From Acutalibacteraceae bacterium (GTDB lineage: Bacteria; Bacillota; Clostridia; Oscillospirales; Acutalibacteraceae), in the NCBI GenBank assembly GCA_036307745.1, contig JAXJXA010000111.1, positions 43,499-107,498 of the forward strand: a DNA stretch of 64,000 bases. The letters run 5' to 3'. Made by a program: the position numbers and the translations under genes. Below are positions 20,676-30,228 of this stretch, in pieces (position 1 is the first letter of the stretch; every line of letters starts with the position of its first letter). The notes beneath the pieces were generated by a model, which saw nothing but the letters and a program-made list of their open reading frames with translations, was not told the origin of the DNA and searched no databases.

Positions 20676-23030
20676 ATGAAATTATTTAATCGAAAAACAA
20701 AAGAAAATATGTCTCCCACAGACCAAATTAAGCAGATAGAAAGAGAAATGCGTTGGAATAAGTTTAAATCACCACAAGTACAAAGTGTTATAGCTTTTAT
20801 TCTGGCGTTAGTGATATTGGTTTCGGGGTCAAGTGCATATTTTGCAGACCGTGCAACTACTGGAACACAAGGGACAGCAGGTACGGTTGCTGTGTCTATT
20901 GATGATAGCAATATTAACTTATTAAACGCTAATGGAGCTGATATTTTTAATCCTGGCGATATTAGGGATTTTGGTTTTACAATCAACAATGATGGTAATA
21001 AATCAGTTGACGCAAAAGCTGTTATAACTCTAACATCTTCTGTTCCTATGAACAAATACTATGATGACAGTAGTGTTAATAGTCTTCGTACTTTAAGAGC
21101 TATTCCTATCGGAACAGGTGATGCTAACAGTGACCTTTATGATGGCTTTGTTCATGCTGCTGAATATGAACTCTATAATGCGTCTGATGTTGTGTATGTA
21201 GAGGGTTATGGATATTCTGCAAAAGAAAATGCAAGCCCTGTTAAAAAGAGAGTCCAAAACAATTCTGGCACTCAAATTGTTTATACTATTGACGATTTAG
21301 TTTTCAGCGGAAATAATGGCCTTTCTGAATATGAAAAAGAATGGACTTATACGCCCGACACATCAATGTATGCTATGGAATATTTACAAGACGGTGATAT
21401 CCAAAAGTCAAGTAAGTTTTATAGATATTCTTATTCTGATATGTCTTCTTATGTTGATAGCTTGGGTACTATTTGTTATGCAGAAATTGGTATGCTCAAT
21501 TATCAAGCTAATGGAAAGACTGTAGTAGTCCCCGAAAAAGTTATTGCATATAATGATTCAACTAACCAAGTGAGAAATGTTGAGTATGTAGAAATTTCAA
21601 GAGCATATGATTCAGAAGTCACAAGCATGATAGTTCCATCTACAATACAAGGATTTCTTTACTACGATTACGTGGCTGATACATACACTCTTTTAACAGC
21701 TGATGAAGTGTTGGCTAATTATGGTATAACAGTGTCTTATTATGATGATTTCAATAAGACTTTTAGAACTCAATCTGTTTCTGACGCTGAATATAATCAA
21801 TTAACAGCAGACGAACAAGCTAAATATACCCTTTGCTCTGATTCAAAAACTTATGATTTTGTTCTTTTATTTGACCCCCACGCAGGCAACGAATTCCAAA
21901 ATTCCAGTGTCAGTATTAAAGTTGATATCTATGCTAAACAACATCAAAATACTGATGATAGTACATGGATTAAAACCGATAGCACACTCAATTCCATAGT
22001 ACAAAGTTCTATCTTTACAGTTGATTATGACGAACTGCACAGAGTAATTATCACAGGCGTTAAAGCAGGAACAAATGTTGCTAATATGACAGAAATAACG
22101 ATTCCTGAAGGTGTTGAAGTTATTCCTAATAAAATGTTCTATAACTGCACTAATTTAACTACTGTCTATTTACCAAACACTTTAACGAGAATTGGTTCAT
22201 ATGCTTTTGCTAAGTGTACCAATTTGGCTAATATTAATCTACCTGATGGATTAACTGAAATAGGCGATTATGCTTTCTCTGAGTGCCCTAATTTGAAGTT
22301 CTTGGATATTCCAGGCTCTGTTATTCTGATAGGTGAATACATGGTAGAAAACTCAGGCCTTGAAGCTGTTATTATAGAGGAAGGCGTAAAGGAAATTGGA
22401 AGCAAGGCTTTTATGGACGCAACAAATTTAAGTTCTGTCACGTTGCCTAATACGTTGAAGAAAATTGGTGACAGTGCTTTTGAAAATTGTAGCAGTCTGA
22501 CAAATATCACAATTCCTTATGGCGTGAATGATATCGGTAGTTCTGCTTTCAATAATTCTGGTTTAACTTATGCCGAGATTCCAAATACTGTAATACAAAT
22601 TGGTGATTACGCTTTCGAAAATTGTACAGCATTAACAGGAATAGTGTTATCTAATAACTTAACCGAGATTGAACAAAGTTTATTCGAAGGTTGTTCCAAC
22701 TTAACATCATTCACTATTGATGGATTACCCAGTAATTATTTGGGTGGAAAAATGAAAAATATTCGGCCCAGAGCTTTCTATGGCACTGCTCTTTCGGATA
22801 TAACAATTCCATCTAACGTTAATTATGTAGGTTTTAACGCTTTCTCTGAATGTAATAATTTAACAGAGATAACAATTGAAGCTGGTCCAAGATTAGATTC
22901 AAAAGTGTTCGTATATAGTAATGGCACATTAGATACTAATGTTTATACCAATAATACATCTGCAATAAATTATAAATGGAGCAGTCACGGGAGAAACGCA
23001 ACAATTAACGTACCCAATGCACCCGTGTAA
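20676..23030 (+). CDS. SipW-signal TasA-like subunit with an internal insertion and BspA LRRs
   Basis: SSAYFAD..GTAGTV; paralog of 8780..10711 with ~140 extra aa inside the core. Confidence 0.85.
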   Translation: MKLFNRKTKENMSPTDQIKQIEREMRWNKFKSPQVQSVIAFILALVILVSGSSAYFADRATTGTQGTAGTVAVSIDDSNINLLNANGADIFNPGDIRDFGFTINNDGNKSVDAKAVITLTSSVPMNKYYDDSSVNSLRTLRAIPIGTGDANSDLYDGFVHAAEYELYNASDVVYVEGYGYSAKENASPVKKRVQNNSGTQIVYTIDDLVFSGNNGLSEYEKEWTYTPDTSMYAMEYLQDGDIQKSSKFYRYSYSDMSSYVDSLGTICYAEIGMLNYQANGKTVVVPEKVIAYNDSTNQVRNVEYVEISRAYDSEVTSMIVPSTIQGFLYYDYVADTYTLLTADEVLANYGITVSYYDDFNKTFRTQSVSDAEYNQLTADEQAKYTLCSDSKTYDFVLLFDPHAGNEFQNSSVSIKVDIYAKQHQNTDDSTWIKTDSTLNSIVQSSIFTVDYDELHRVIITGVKAGTNVANMTEITIPEGVEVIPNKMFYNCTNLTTVYLPNTLTRIGSYAFAKCTNLANINLPDGLTEIGDYAFSECPNLKFLDIPGSVILIGEYMVENSGLEAVIIEEGVKEIGSKAFMDATNLSSVTLPNTLKKIGDSAFENCSSLTNITIPYGVNDIGSSAFNNSGLTYAEIPNTVIQIGDYAFENCTALTGIVLSNNLTEIEQSLFEGCSNLTSFTIDGLPSNYLGGKMKNIRPRAFYGTALSDITIPSNVNYVGFNAFSECNNLTEITIEAGPRLDSKVFVYSNGTLDTNVYTNNTSAINYKWSSHGRNATINVPNAPV

Positions 23031-23076
23031 ACGTATAAGTTTGACGAAAATTTTGGTCACGTGTAATTAAATATCT

Positions 23077-23111
23077 AAGAGAGTTGTAGACTTGTTCTAT
23101 AACTCTCTTTT
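23077..23111 (+). terminator. Intrinsic terminator (GAGAGYTGTAGA family)
   Basis: AAGAGAGTTGTAGA..TCTATAACTCTCTTTT. Confidence 0.8.
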
Positions 23112-23289
23112 CTTTGTGTTTTCATTATTACAACCAAACAAATAATAATTATTACAATGTAAACAATATTCCATTATTTTTTTTTTATGTTTTTTTTATA
23201 TTTTGTCTTCTTTCACTTCACACAATATAGGAAACTACAATTAGAGAAGACTTATTAGAGATTACCTCTAACTCACAAGGACGATTTTT

Positions 23290-24408
23290 ATGGTTAACGT
23301 TATATATGTGGGAAAATCTTATCCCGATAGTGATATTAAAAAGAAAATAGAAGAACAAGAAAGGTATTTATTAAAGTGTTTAGATAAATATCCGTATTTT
23401 TTATTAACTGATAGTAATAAAGAGTTTATTAAAAATTTAATAATGGCTGTTGCTTTTTATATGGATTGCGTGATTATCGAAGATGATTATAATACATCTG
23501 CTTTTGTCCAATTATTATCTACTGCTGTGCCTGGTTCGAGCAATCTTGTTATGTTGTTCTATTTGTTAAAAGAGGCTGTTGTCAGTGAAGATTACCATTT
23601 ATCAATGGAACAAAAGATAATATTAAGTGATTATCTAAACAAAATCAAAAAGGATTATAATAAAAATTCTGTTCAATTAGCACTACAAATCTTACAAGTT
23701 GATTGTATGTTAAATCCAAATTGTTCTCAATTGGTGTCTAATATGCTGAATTTAGCTGTTTTAAAATGTAATACAAAATCGACAGCACTTATTACTCAAT
23801 TACAAAATGAGCTGAATAAAGAAAAGAATTTTTCTTTGGTTTGTGATGAATTTTCGGATAGATTTGAAACATTATTAAAAATGAAAAAGAGTGATTTGTC
23901 AGATGATGAATTAATCCTCTATAAATATCTTGATGAAAAATATTCTATGTTGCCTATTACAATACAAAAGAAAATAGAAGAGTATGATTTTGATATTTGT
24001 CTGTCTGATGAGTTGTTTGGCCATGACTGGAATTTGAGAAAATTAGGCAGCACTCATATCAATGGAAACCAAATTCGAGTATGGCTTGGTAAAAGTAAAG
24101 GTATCATCGACTTATCTTTCTATCACGAAATAGGCCATGTAGTTGATAAAATTTTTTGTGATGATGGATTCTATTCTAAAACAAGTGAAGAATGGCAGAA
24201 AGTTTATGAGAAAGATAAAGATGTCTATTTCCAAACTAAAATAGAACTAAATCCAGAGTTGAGAGAGTTATATGAGTATGGCATATCTTCTCCAACTGAA
24301 TATTTTGCATGTGTGTTCAATGACTATGTGGAAAATAAAGAATGGTTAAAAAAAGTTGTTCCATGTAGTTGTGAAATAATAGAAAAAGTAATTTTTGAAA
24401 GGAATTGA
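23290..24408 (+). CDS. Zn-metallopeptidase-domain protein (ATLF/lethal-factor-like C-terminus)
   Basis: FYHEIGHVVD (HExxH), S..W...YE.DK and Y..SSPTEYFA..F pattern; no signal peptide. Confidence 0.65.
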   Translation: MVNVIYVGKSYPDSDIKKKIEEQERYLLKCLDKYPYFLLTDSNKEFIKNLIMAVAFYMDCVIIEDDYNTSAFVQLLSTAVPGSSNLVMLFYLLKEAVVSEDYHLSMEQKIILSDYLNKIKKDYNKNSVQLALQILQVDCMLNPNCSQLVSNMLNLAVLKCNTKSTALITQLQNELNKEKNFSLVCDEFSDRFETLLKMKKSDLSDDELILYKYLDEKYSMLPITIQKKIEEYDFDICLSDELFGHDWNLRKLGSTHINGNQIRVWLGKSKGIIDLSFYHEIGHVVDKIFCDDGFYSKTSEEWQKVYEKDKDVYFQTKIELNPELRELYEYGISSPTEYFACVFNDYVENKEWLKKVVPCSCEIIEKVIFERN

Positions 24409-24586
24409 TATTATGTTTGAAAAGTTTCAGATTTTTTATGGTGTAAAAACAATGGAAGGAGTTCAGTCTTTTAGTGTTAGCTATTATGATTTTTACCCAG
24501 CTTCTGACACTTATGTTAAGAAAACAATATTAGAGTTGACTAATGGCAGAAAGATTGTAACTAAAAAGACTCTTACCAATATTGAA
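24395..24586 (+). pseudogene. 5' part of a hypothetical gene interrupted by an IS (continues at 26200..26412)
   Basis: The reading frame joins in frame across the predicted IS ends (TNIE|LFCKIVKSIGLKNY). Confidence 0.65.
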
Positions 24587-26199
24587 AGAAAAACTTTCGC
24601 ATTCTCGTAACTTTAGTTATGAGTTAGAAAGTATAGATATAAATCACTATTTTATTATAAATAAATCATTTTGTATATGTAAATATAACAAATAATAAGA
24701 AGGTGTCTCTGTGTGTTATTAACGTCAAGTTATGCTGTGGAAATTAAAAATATCGACTTCAATATAATGAATACTGTTAATATCTATAGAGACGCAGTAT
24801 CCTTTTTAATTGATGTGTTTAATAAAGAATGGGCTAATATTTCTTTAATCGGTGATAAAAAGCAACGTTTAAATCATGCAGAGAGACTAATTCACTCGAC
24901 TAAGAATAATGTTGCTAAATATGATTTCGATAAACACTTTTATAAGATGCCATGTTATTTTAGACGTAGTGCAACTCAAACAGCATTAGGTTGTGTTTCA
25001 TCTTATCAGAGTAAATTAGTTGATTGGAATTCTACTCATATTAGTAAAAAGCCTAAATTAACATTAGATAGAAATGTTATGCCTGTTTTTTATAATGTAA
25101 ATATGTATAAGGCATCAAATAACCCTTATGAGTGTGATATTAAAGTTTATCTAAACAATGACTGGGTATGGCACAAAATATCACTAAATAAAACGGATGT
25201 TGATTATATTAAAAAGCATTTGGGGAAGATTAAACCATCTGCTCCAACTTTAGAAAAGCGATTTGGAACATATTATCTACGTTTTGCTTTTGATAAAGAT
25301 GTTAAATTGTATAATACTAAAATAAAAGAACAAACTATTTGTTCCATAGATTTGGGTGTCAATACTGATGCAACTTGTACGATAATGTCTTCAGATGGAA
25401 CTATCCATGCTAGAAAGTTTATTAATTTTGCATGTGACAAAGACCAGCTGTGGCATTTGTGCAATCGCATTAAGAAACATCAACGTAGATATGGACCTAA
25501 AAGTGTCAAAAGAAAATGGGCATATGCGACTTATCTTAATAAAGAATTAAGTGTTAAAATTGCTCATACTATTGTAGAATTTGCAGAGTTGTGGAATGTA
25601 GACGTCATTGTATTTGAGCATCTGGATATGAAGGGTAGTAATCATCGTGGTAAAAATGCTCAAAAACTACATTTATGGCGTAAAAACGGTATTCAAAAAA
25701 TGGTTACACATAAAGCACATAAAAGACATATGAGGGTAAGTCATATATGTGCTTGGGGAACAAGCCAATTAGCTTATGATGGTAGTGGTAAAGTGCTTCG
25801 TGGCAAAGATGCTGGTTTTGATACATATGAACTTTGTAGGTTTACTAATGGTAAAGTTTATAACTGTGATTTAAGTGCATCATACAATATAGGTGCCAGA
25901 TATTTTATAAGAGAATTATTAAAACCCGTTACTGAAAAGCAACGGTCTCAGCTTTTTGCAAAAGTTCCTGAAGCTGAGCGTAGAACCTCTTGTACTTATA
26001 ATACATTGTTAAAGCTAAATTCTGTAATGTTAGAACTAAAGGAAATAGCGTAAGTACAACGCAACTATCTTTTGTTAGTTCAGGTGCGGATTAACAATCG
26101 TCAGATTATTATTACTGAGCTTGATACTGTATCAAATGTATAGAAAGTTAGGTCTCTAAAAGACCTGAAGCATGTGACTTTTAGTCATATGAGGTTCAC
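24587..26199 (+). mobile_element. IS200/IS605-family tnpB-only element 1
   Basis: Left hairpin CTCGTAACT-TT-AGTTATGAG (24604-24623); right hairpin after GAAG ending TTCAC at 26199; inserted after TTGAA. Confidence 0.85.
24713..26053 (+). CDS. tnpB: TnpB RNA-guided endonuclease
   Basis: RuvC residues SIDLG / VFEHL / NCDLSASYNI; no CxxC zinc finger. Confidence 0.9.
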   Translation: MLLTSSYAVEIKNIDFNIMNTVNIYRDAVSFLIDVFNKEWANISLIGDKKQRLNHAERLIHSTKNNVAKYDFDKHFYKMPCYFRRSATQTALGCVSSYQSKLVDWNSTHISKKPKLTLDRNVMPVFYNVNMYKASNNPYECDIKVYLNNDWVWHKISLNKTDVDYIKKHLGKIKPSAPTLEKRFGTYYLRFAFDKDVKLYNTKIKEQTICSIDLGVNTDATCTIMSSDGTIHARKFINFACDKDQLWHLCNRIKKHQRRYGPKSVKRKWAYATYLNKELSVKIAHTIVEFAELWNVDVIVFEHLDMKGSNHRGKNAQKLHLWRKNGIQKMVTHKAHKRHMRVSHICAWGTSQLAYDGSGKVLRGKDAGFDTYELCRFTNGKVYNCDLSASYNIGARYFIRELLKPVTEKQRSQLFAKVPEAERRTSCTYNTLLKLNSVMLELKEIA

Positions 26200-26412
26200 C
26201 TGTTTTGCAAAATAGTTAAGTCTATTGGTTTGAAAAATTATGAATCTGATAAAAATGTAGATTATAAAAAAGATTATTATTTCATCAAGTGTGGTGATAT
26301 TGTAGTTACAACTAACGATAAGGCTAAAATTCAGGACATTTTGGATGTCTTTGATTTCGATTCATTGCTGGCAACGGCAATAAATAACAGTGGCCTTGCG
26401 AATAAAATATAA
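26200..26412 (+). pseudogene. 3' part of the IS-interrupted hypothetical gene
   Basis: Open frame starts directly after TTCAC and includes ORF 26230..26412. Confidence 0.6.
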
Positions 26413-26532
26413 ACTGATTTTGATTATTTTTGTCTTTTTTCGTTTAAGTCTTATATATTATTGATGTATGACAAATAAAAACAGTGTAATACGAATACAA
26501 TACATTGTATTGGGTTTAGGAGATGATAACAA

Positions 26533-27432
26533 ATGGCTAAAAAGAGAAAAAAAAGTAAGAAACACAATAAAGCAGACAATACTTTATCTTTCTTTCAGAC
26601 TGCTGTTTTTATATGTGTGTCTATTTTTATAGTATATGTAATATTTTTTATGCCAGCTGGAACGGGAAATGGCAATATTGATGATAGTTCACCAACAGCT
26701 TCTGTAAAAGAGCCTACTTTTACTCTTTACACATATTTAAATGGCATTAAGTCTTCGGCGGGTACGTTAGATTTTAACTGTACATTTAATTTTAATAATG
26801 GTGATAGATTGGAGTTAAAATCATCTAAAAAGTTTGAAATTGCAGGTGGCAAATCTTCATTGTTGGGTTCAACAGTATATGCTATGAATGGAGATTCAGC
26901 TGTTATTGATGATATAAACTACGTTATTGATGGTGTTAGATATTCCAAGAGCCCAAGTGGATATGTGAAAGCTCCCCAGACTAATCTTGATGCTGGCAAT
27001 ATCAATTTAGGCAAGATTGAAACAGCTATGGAAAAAGGTGAAAATCTGGTCCAGGAAGGTGGACGTTCTTGCTTTAAATACACAACAACAATGGCATATA
27101 GTGAAATGTCAACAGAATTAAGAGACTTTATCCATGACCAAAATGTGAATCTTTCTAATATACAAGATATGATGTTAGATTTAACATTATTTGTTACAGA
27201 GAAAGGTGTCCCTTATAAGATTAAAATCAGCTTTGATGAAGCAAAATGTATGGTTAAAGCAACAGGATTAAAAGAAAGGAATGGAACGGTATCTGGTGAT
27301 TTGACTATTACTTTCTCCAGCTTTAATAGCATTGAGTCTGTTAGTGTGCCTGGTGAAGTTGGACAAGCGACAGATGGGGCTTATAAGTTCACAGATAAGT
27401 TGAATTATTATTTAGGAAAAATTAACTACTAA
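26533..27432 (+). CDS. Membrane-anchored extracellular protein, possibly LppX/LolA-like beta fold
   Basis: Basic N-terminus, one TM, beta-rich body ending ITFSSFNSIESVSVP. The fold assignment is tentative. Confidence 0.55.
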   Translation: MAKKRKKSKKHNKADNTLSFFQTAVFICVSIFIVYVIFFMPAGTGNGNIDDSSPTASVKEPTFTLYTYLNGIKSSAGTLDFNCTFNFNNGDRLELKSSKKFEIAGGKSSLLGSTVYAMNGDSAVIDDINYVIDGVRYSKSPSGYVKAPQTNLDAGNINLGKIETAMEKGENLVQEGGRSCFKYTTTMAYSEMSTELRDFIHDQNVNLSNIQDMMLDLTLFVTEKGVPYKIKISFDEAKCMVKATGLKERNGTVSGDLTITFSSFNSIESVSVPGEVGQATDGAYKFTDKLNYYLGKINY

Positions 27433-27620
27433 TAATGTTGAAAGTCTCTTCGTAAATATTGAAGAGGCTTTCTTTCATCTTCGTAAAATAATAAGAAATA
27501 GTAAATTAATAATATAGAGACCTGAAATTAAAGTATAATGACAGGTTAAGAAAAATGACTACAATCTGTTTGGTTAAACAGATTTTCTAAAAATATTAAA
27601 AAAAAGGCTCGGTGAAGTTC

Positions 27621-30017
27621 ATGTTTAAAAAAGACAAAAGAAACTATTTATTTGGGGCTTTATTTACTGTTATTACGGTCTTGGTAATAGTTGCTGCAAT
27701 AATGTTGTCTGGTGTTACAGATGCATATTTCACGGACCATTCGGCAGATTCAGTTAGTGGTAAAACAGGTCAGATTAGTGTTGCTTTAGAAAATGTAACG
27801 ACTCCTTTTGCTGATTCTGCTGATACAGTTGTCCCGTTCAATTGGAATGATTATAAAGAAGTCTCATTTGATGTAAAAAATACAGGTAATATGGCAGTAA
27901 TGTCTAATACTGGTATAACAATAAGCTCTCAAGACACAATTGATTGGAATAATTTTTCTGATAATTTAGCTGTTTACAAAAAGAGTGATTTTAATATTGT
28001 AGATGGCGTTTATACACTTAAAGAAGGAGCAACCCCCTTTGGAACTAATACTGTTGTCAGCAATGGTGTTTGTGTAACTTTCGACAATGAAGCAATGAGT
28101 GGTTCTTTGGGCAAGAGTGAAACACAGATTATATGGGAAAAAGCAGATGGAACTATTATCTCAAATACTGAATATGAAGCACTCAGTGAAAGTGAAAAAC
28201 AAAATTATACCCAATGTCCTGATGTGTTGAGTTATGATTTAGTATTGGTATTTAAAGATGGCGGAACTGTTTCAGCTGCGTTTATGATGGTTATACAGAC
28301 TGATGTAAACAAGGTTGATAATATCTTAGGTTGGAGTACTAATGATAGAGCAACTAAATATGGCAGTGTTGAGTATAGTCTTTATAAGAATATATTGGAA
28401 GGTGGTCAGAACTTTAATAAGCATTTAGTAGGGTTAGCTGGTGTTGACACTACGAACTGGAATTCTAGTCAAGATATTTCCTCTTACACTATTGCTAATT
28501 ATCCTGTTAAGTTCGTTAATACACCTGTAGATGATAACTATGCTACTGTTGACGTTTCTTATGGACAAGATGGCAGTGTATTAGCTTGGGTTGATACAGC
28601 TGCTGAAACAGTTTATGTAGCATCTAAGACAGGTGAACGAATTAAAACAAGTGATAATTGTATGAACATGTTTTCTGCTTGGTGTGGAGATATTTCTTGT
28701 GATAATTTAGACACCAGTAATTCTACTGATATGAGTTATATGTTTTATAAATGTAAAGCTAAGAATATAGATATTAGCAGCTTTGATACCAACAATGTAA
28801 CGGATATGTCCTCCATGTTCAATGGCTGCAGTAATTTAACCAGTTTAGATGTGAGCAATTTCGATACCAGCAATGTAAAGAATATAACCTCCATGTTCAA
28901 TGGCTGCAATAGTTTAACCAGTTTAGATTTAAGCAACTTCAATACCAGCAGTGTAACGAATATGGACTCTATGTTCCGTGATTGCAGCAGTTTAACCAGT
29001 TTAGATGTGAGCAATTTCGATACCAGCAGTGTAACGAATATGAGTTATATGTTCTCTGGCTGCAGCAGCTTAACAGAATTAGATTTATCCAATTTTGATG
29101 TTTCCAGTTTAACATCCGCAAACAAAACTTTTTATAATTGTAATAAGTTAACAACTATTTATGCAGGTGATTGGACAGATGTAAAAACTCCTTCTTCTCA
29201 TTCTAATATGTTCTATGGCTGTACTAACTTAGTTGGTGCTGTGCCTTATAATTCAGCTTCTGTTAGCTGGGAAAAGGCTAATACACAGGGCTATTTCACA
29301 GAGAAGACAAATGTTCAAAATACTTTAGTGAAAGGTATTACTTTCAACAGTCTAATACCTTCTACAGCAACAAGTGTGGTATTTAACTCTGCTTTAAGTG
29401 TGCCTGATGGTGTTACTACTATTGATTTATCCGAAGCTCATGATGGCAGTATAGTTGGCTGGTTAGATGGAACTACTTTCAATGTAACGTCTGTTGATAA
29501 TGGCAATATTGTCTTCCATAAAGATTGTTCTAAGATGTTCTATCAGAACAGTAACTTAACCAGTGTAGCATTCAGCGGCATAGACACTTCATACACTAAA
29601 AATATGAGCTATATGTTCAGTGAGTGTAACGGATTAACTACATTAGATTTAAGTAGTTTTAATACTCCTAATTTGACTGATATTAGTTATATGTTTGCCA
29701 ATAATACAGGAATAAAAGAAATCAATTTCTTAATTGGTTCAAGTAATAATTCAAACTTTACTGTCAATAATGTTACAGCAGCAGATTCCATGTTCTATGG
29801 TTGTTCAACATTGACAAAAATCAAAGCGTATAATTGGGTTGATTCTGCAACCCCAACAAGTACTGATATGTTTACTGGATGCGTAAATTTGAAGGCCCAA
29901 GATGGTAATTCCAGCAAGAGTTTTGATGCTAATTACGTTACATGGTCTATGGCTAACAGAGCAGGAAACGGTGGATATTTAACTACGAACACATTCGGTG
30001 TCGACGATGAATGTTAA
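27621..30017 (+). CDS. Divergent SipW-signal subunit with DUF285-type (25-aa) surface repeats
   Basis: VTDAYFTD..GKTGQI, N.GN motif; repeats LDVSNFDTSNVTNMS.MF..C. Confidence 0.85.
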   Translation: MFKKDKRNYLFGALFTVITVLVIVAAIMLSGVTDAYFTDHSADSVSGKTGQISVALENVTTPFADSADTVVPFNWNDYKEVSFDVKNTGNMAVMSNTGITISSQDTIDWNNFSDNLAVYKKSDFNIVDGVYTLKEGATPFGTNTVVSNGVCVTFDNEAMSGSLGKSETQIIWEKADGTIISNTEYEALSESEKQNYTQCPDVLSYDLVLVFKDGGTVSAAFMMVIQTDVNKVDNILGWSTNDRATKYGSVEYSLYKNILEGGQNFNKHLVGLAGVDTTNWNSSQDISSYTIANYPVKFVNTPVDDNYATVDVSYGQDGSVLAWVDTAAETVYVASKTGERIKTSDNCMNMFSAWCGDISCDNLDTSNSTDMSYMFYKCKAKNIDISSFDTNNVTDMSSMFNGCSNLTSLDVSNFDTSNVKNITSMFNGCNSLTSLDLSNFNTSSVTNMDSMFRDCSSLTSLDVSNFDTSSVTNMSYMFSGCSSLTELDLSNFDVSSLTSANKTFYNCNKLTTIYAGDWTDVKTPSSHSNMFYGCTNLVGAVPYNSASVSWEKANTQGYFTEKTNVQNTLVKGITFNSLIPSTATSVVFNSALSVPDGVTTIDLSEAHDGSIVGWLDGTTFNVTSVDNGNIVFHKDCSKMFYQNSNLTSVAFSGIDTSYTKNMSYMFSECNGLTTLDLSSFNTPNLTDISYMFANNTGIKEINFLIGSSNNSNFTVNNVTAADSMFYGCSTLTKIKAYNWVDSATPTSTDMFTGCVNLKAQDGNSSKSFDANYVTWSMANRAGNGGYLTTNTFGVDDEC
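28770..29110 (+). repeat. In-frame 75-bp tandem repeats (DUF285 units)
   Basis: TTAACCAGTTTAGAT..AGCAA.TTC.ATACCAGCA.TGTAA recurring every 75 bp. Confidence 0.85.
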
Positions 30018-30228
30018 TTGAATATTTAAGGGAGTTGTAGATTTTTTTACAACTCTCTTTTCTTTATGTTTTCATTATTACAAGCAAACAAATAATAATT
30101 ATTACATTGCAAACATTAAAACATTTTTTCCTTTTACTATTTTTTTTAGTCTTTTTTCTCTTATCCCGTCTATATTACAAACAGAAAAACACAAGGCACG
30201 ATACAGCCTTTTAATTGGAGATAAATAT

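Noticed and set aside
23290..24408. Secreted anthrax-like toxin
   Set aside because: Only a generic catalytic motif is shared; there is no signal peptide or binding/translocation component.
24587..26199. IStron (self-splicing IS) explaining the in-gene insertion
   Set aside because: Only ~125 bp lie between the left end and tnpB, too short for a group I intron core.
28770..29110. Diversity-generating retroelement TR/VR pair or CRISPR
   Set aside because: These are in-frame 75-bp protein repeats. No reverse transcriptase is in the window and I saw no adenine-specific mismatch pattern.
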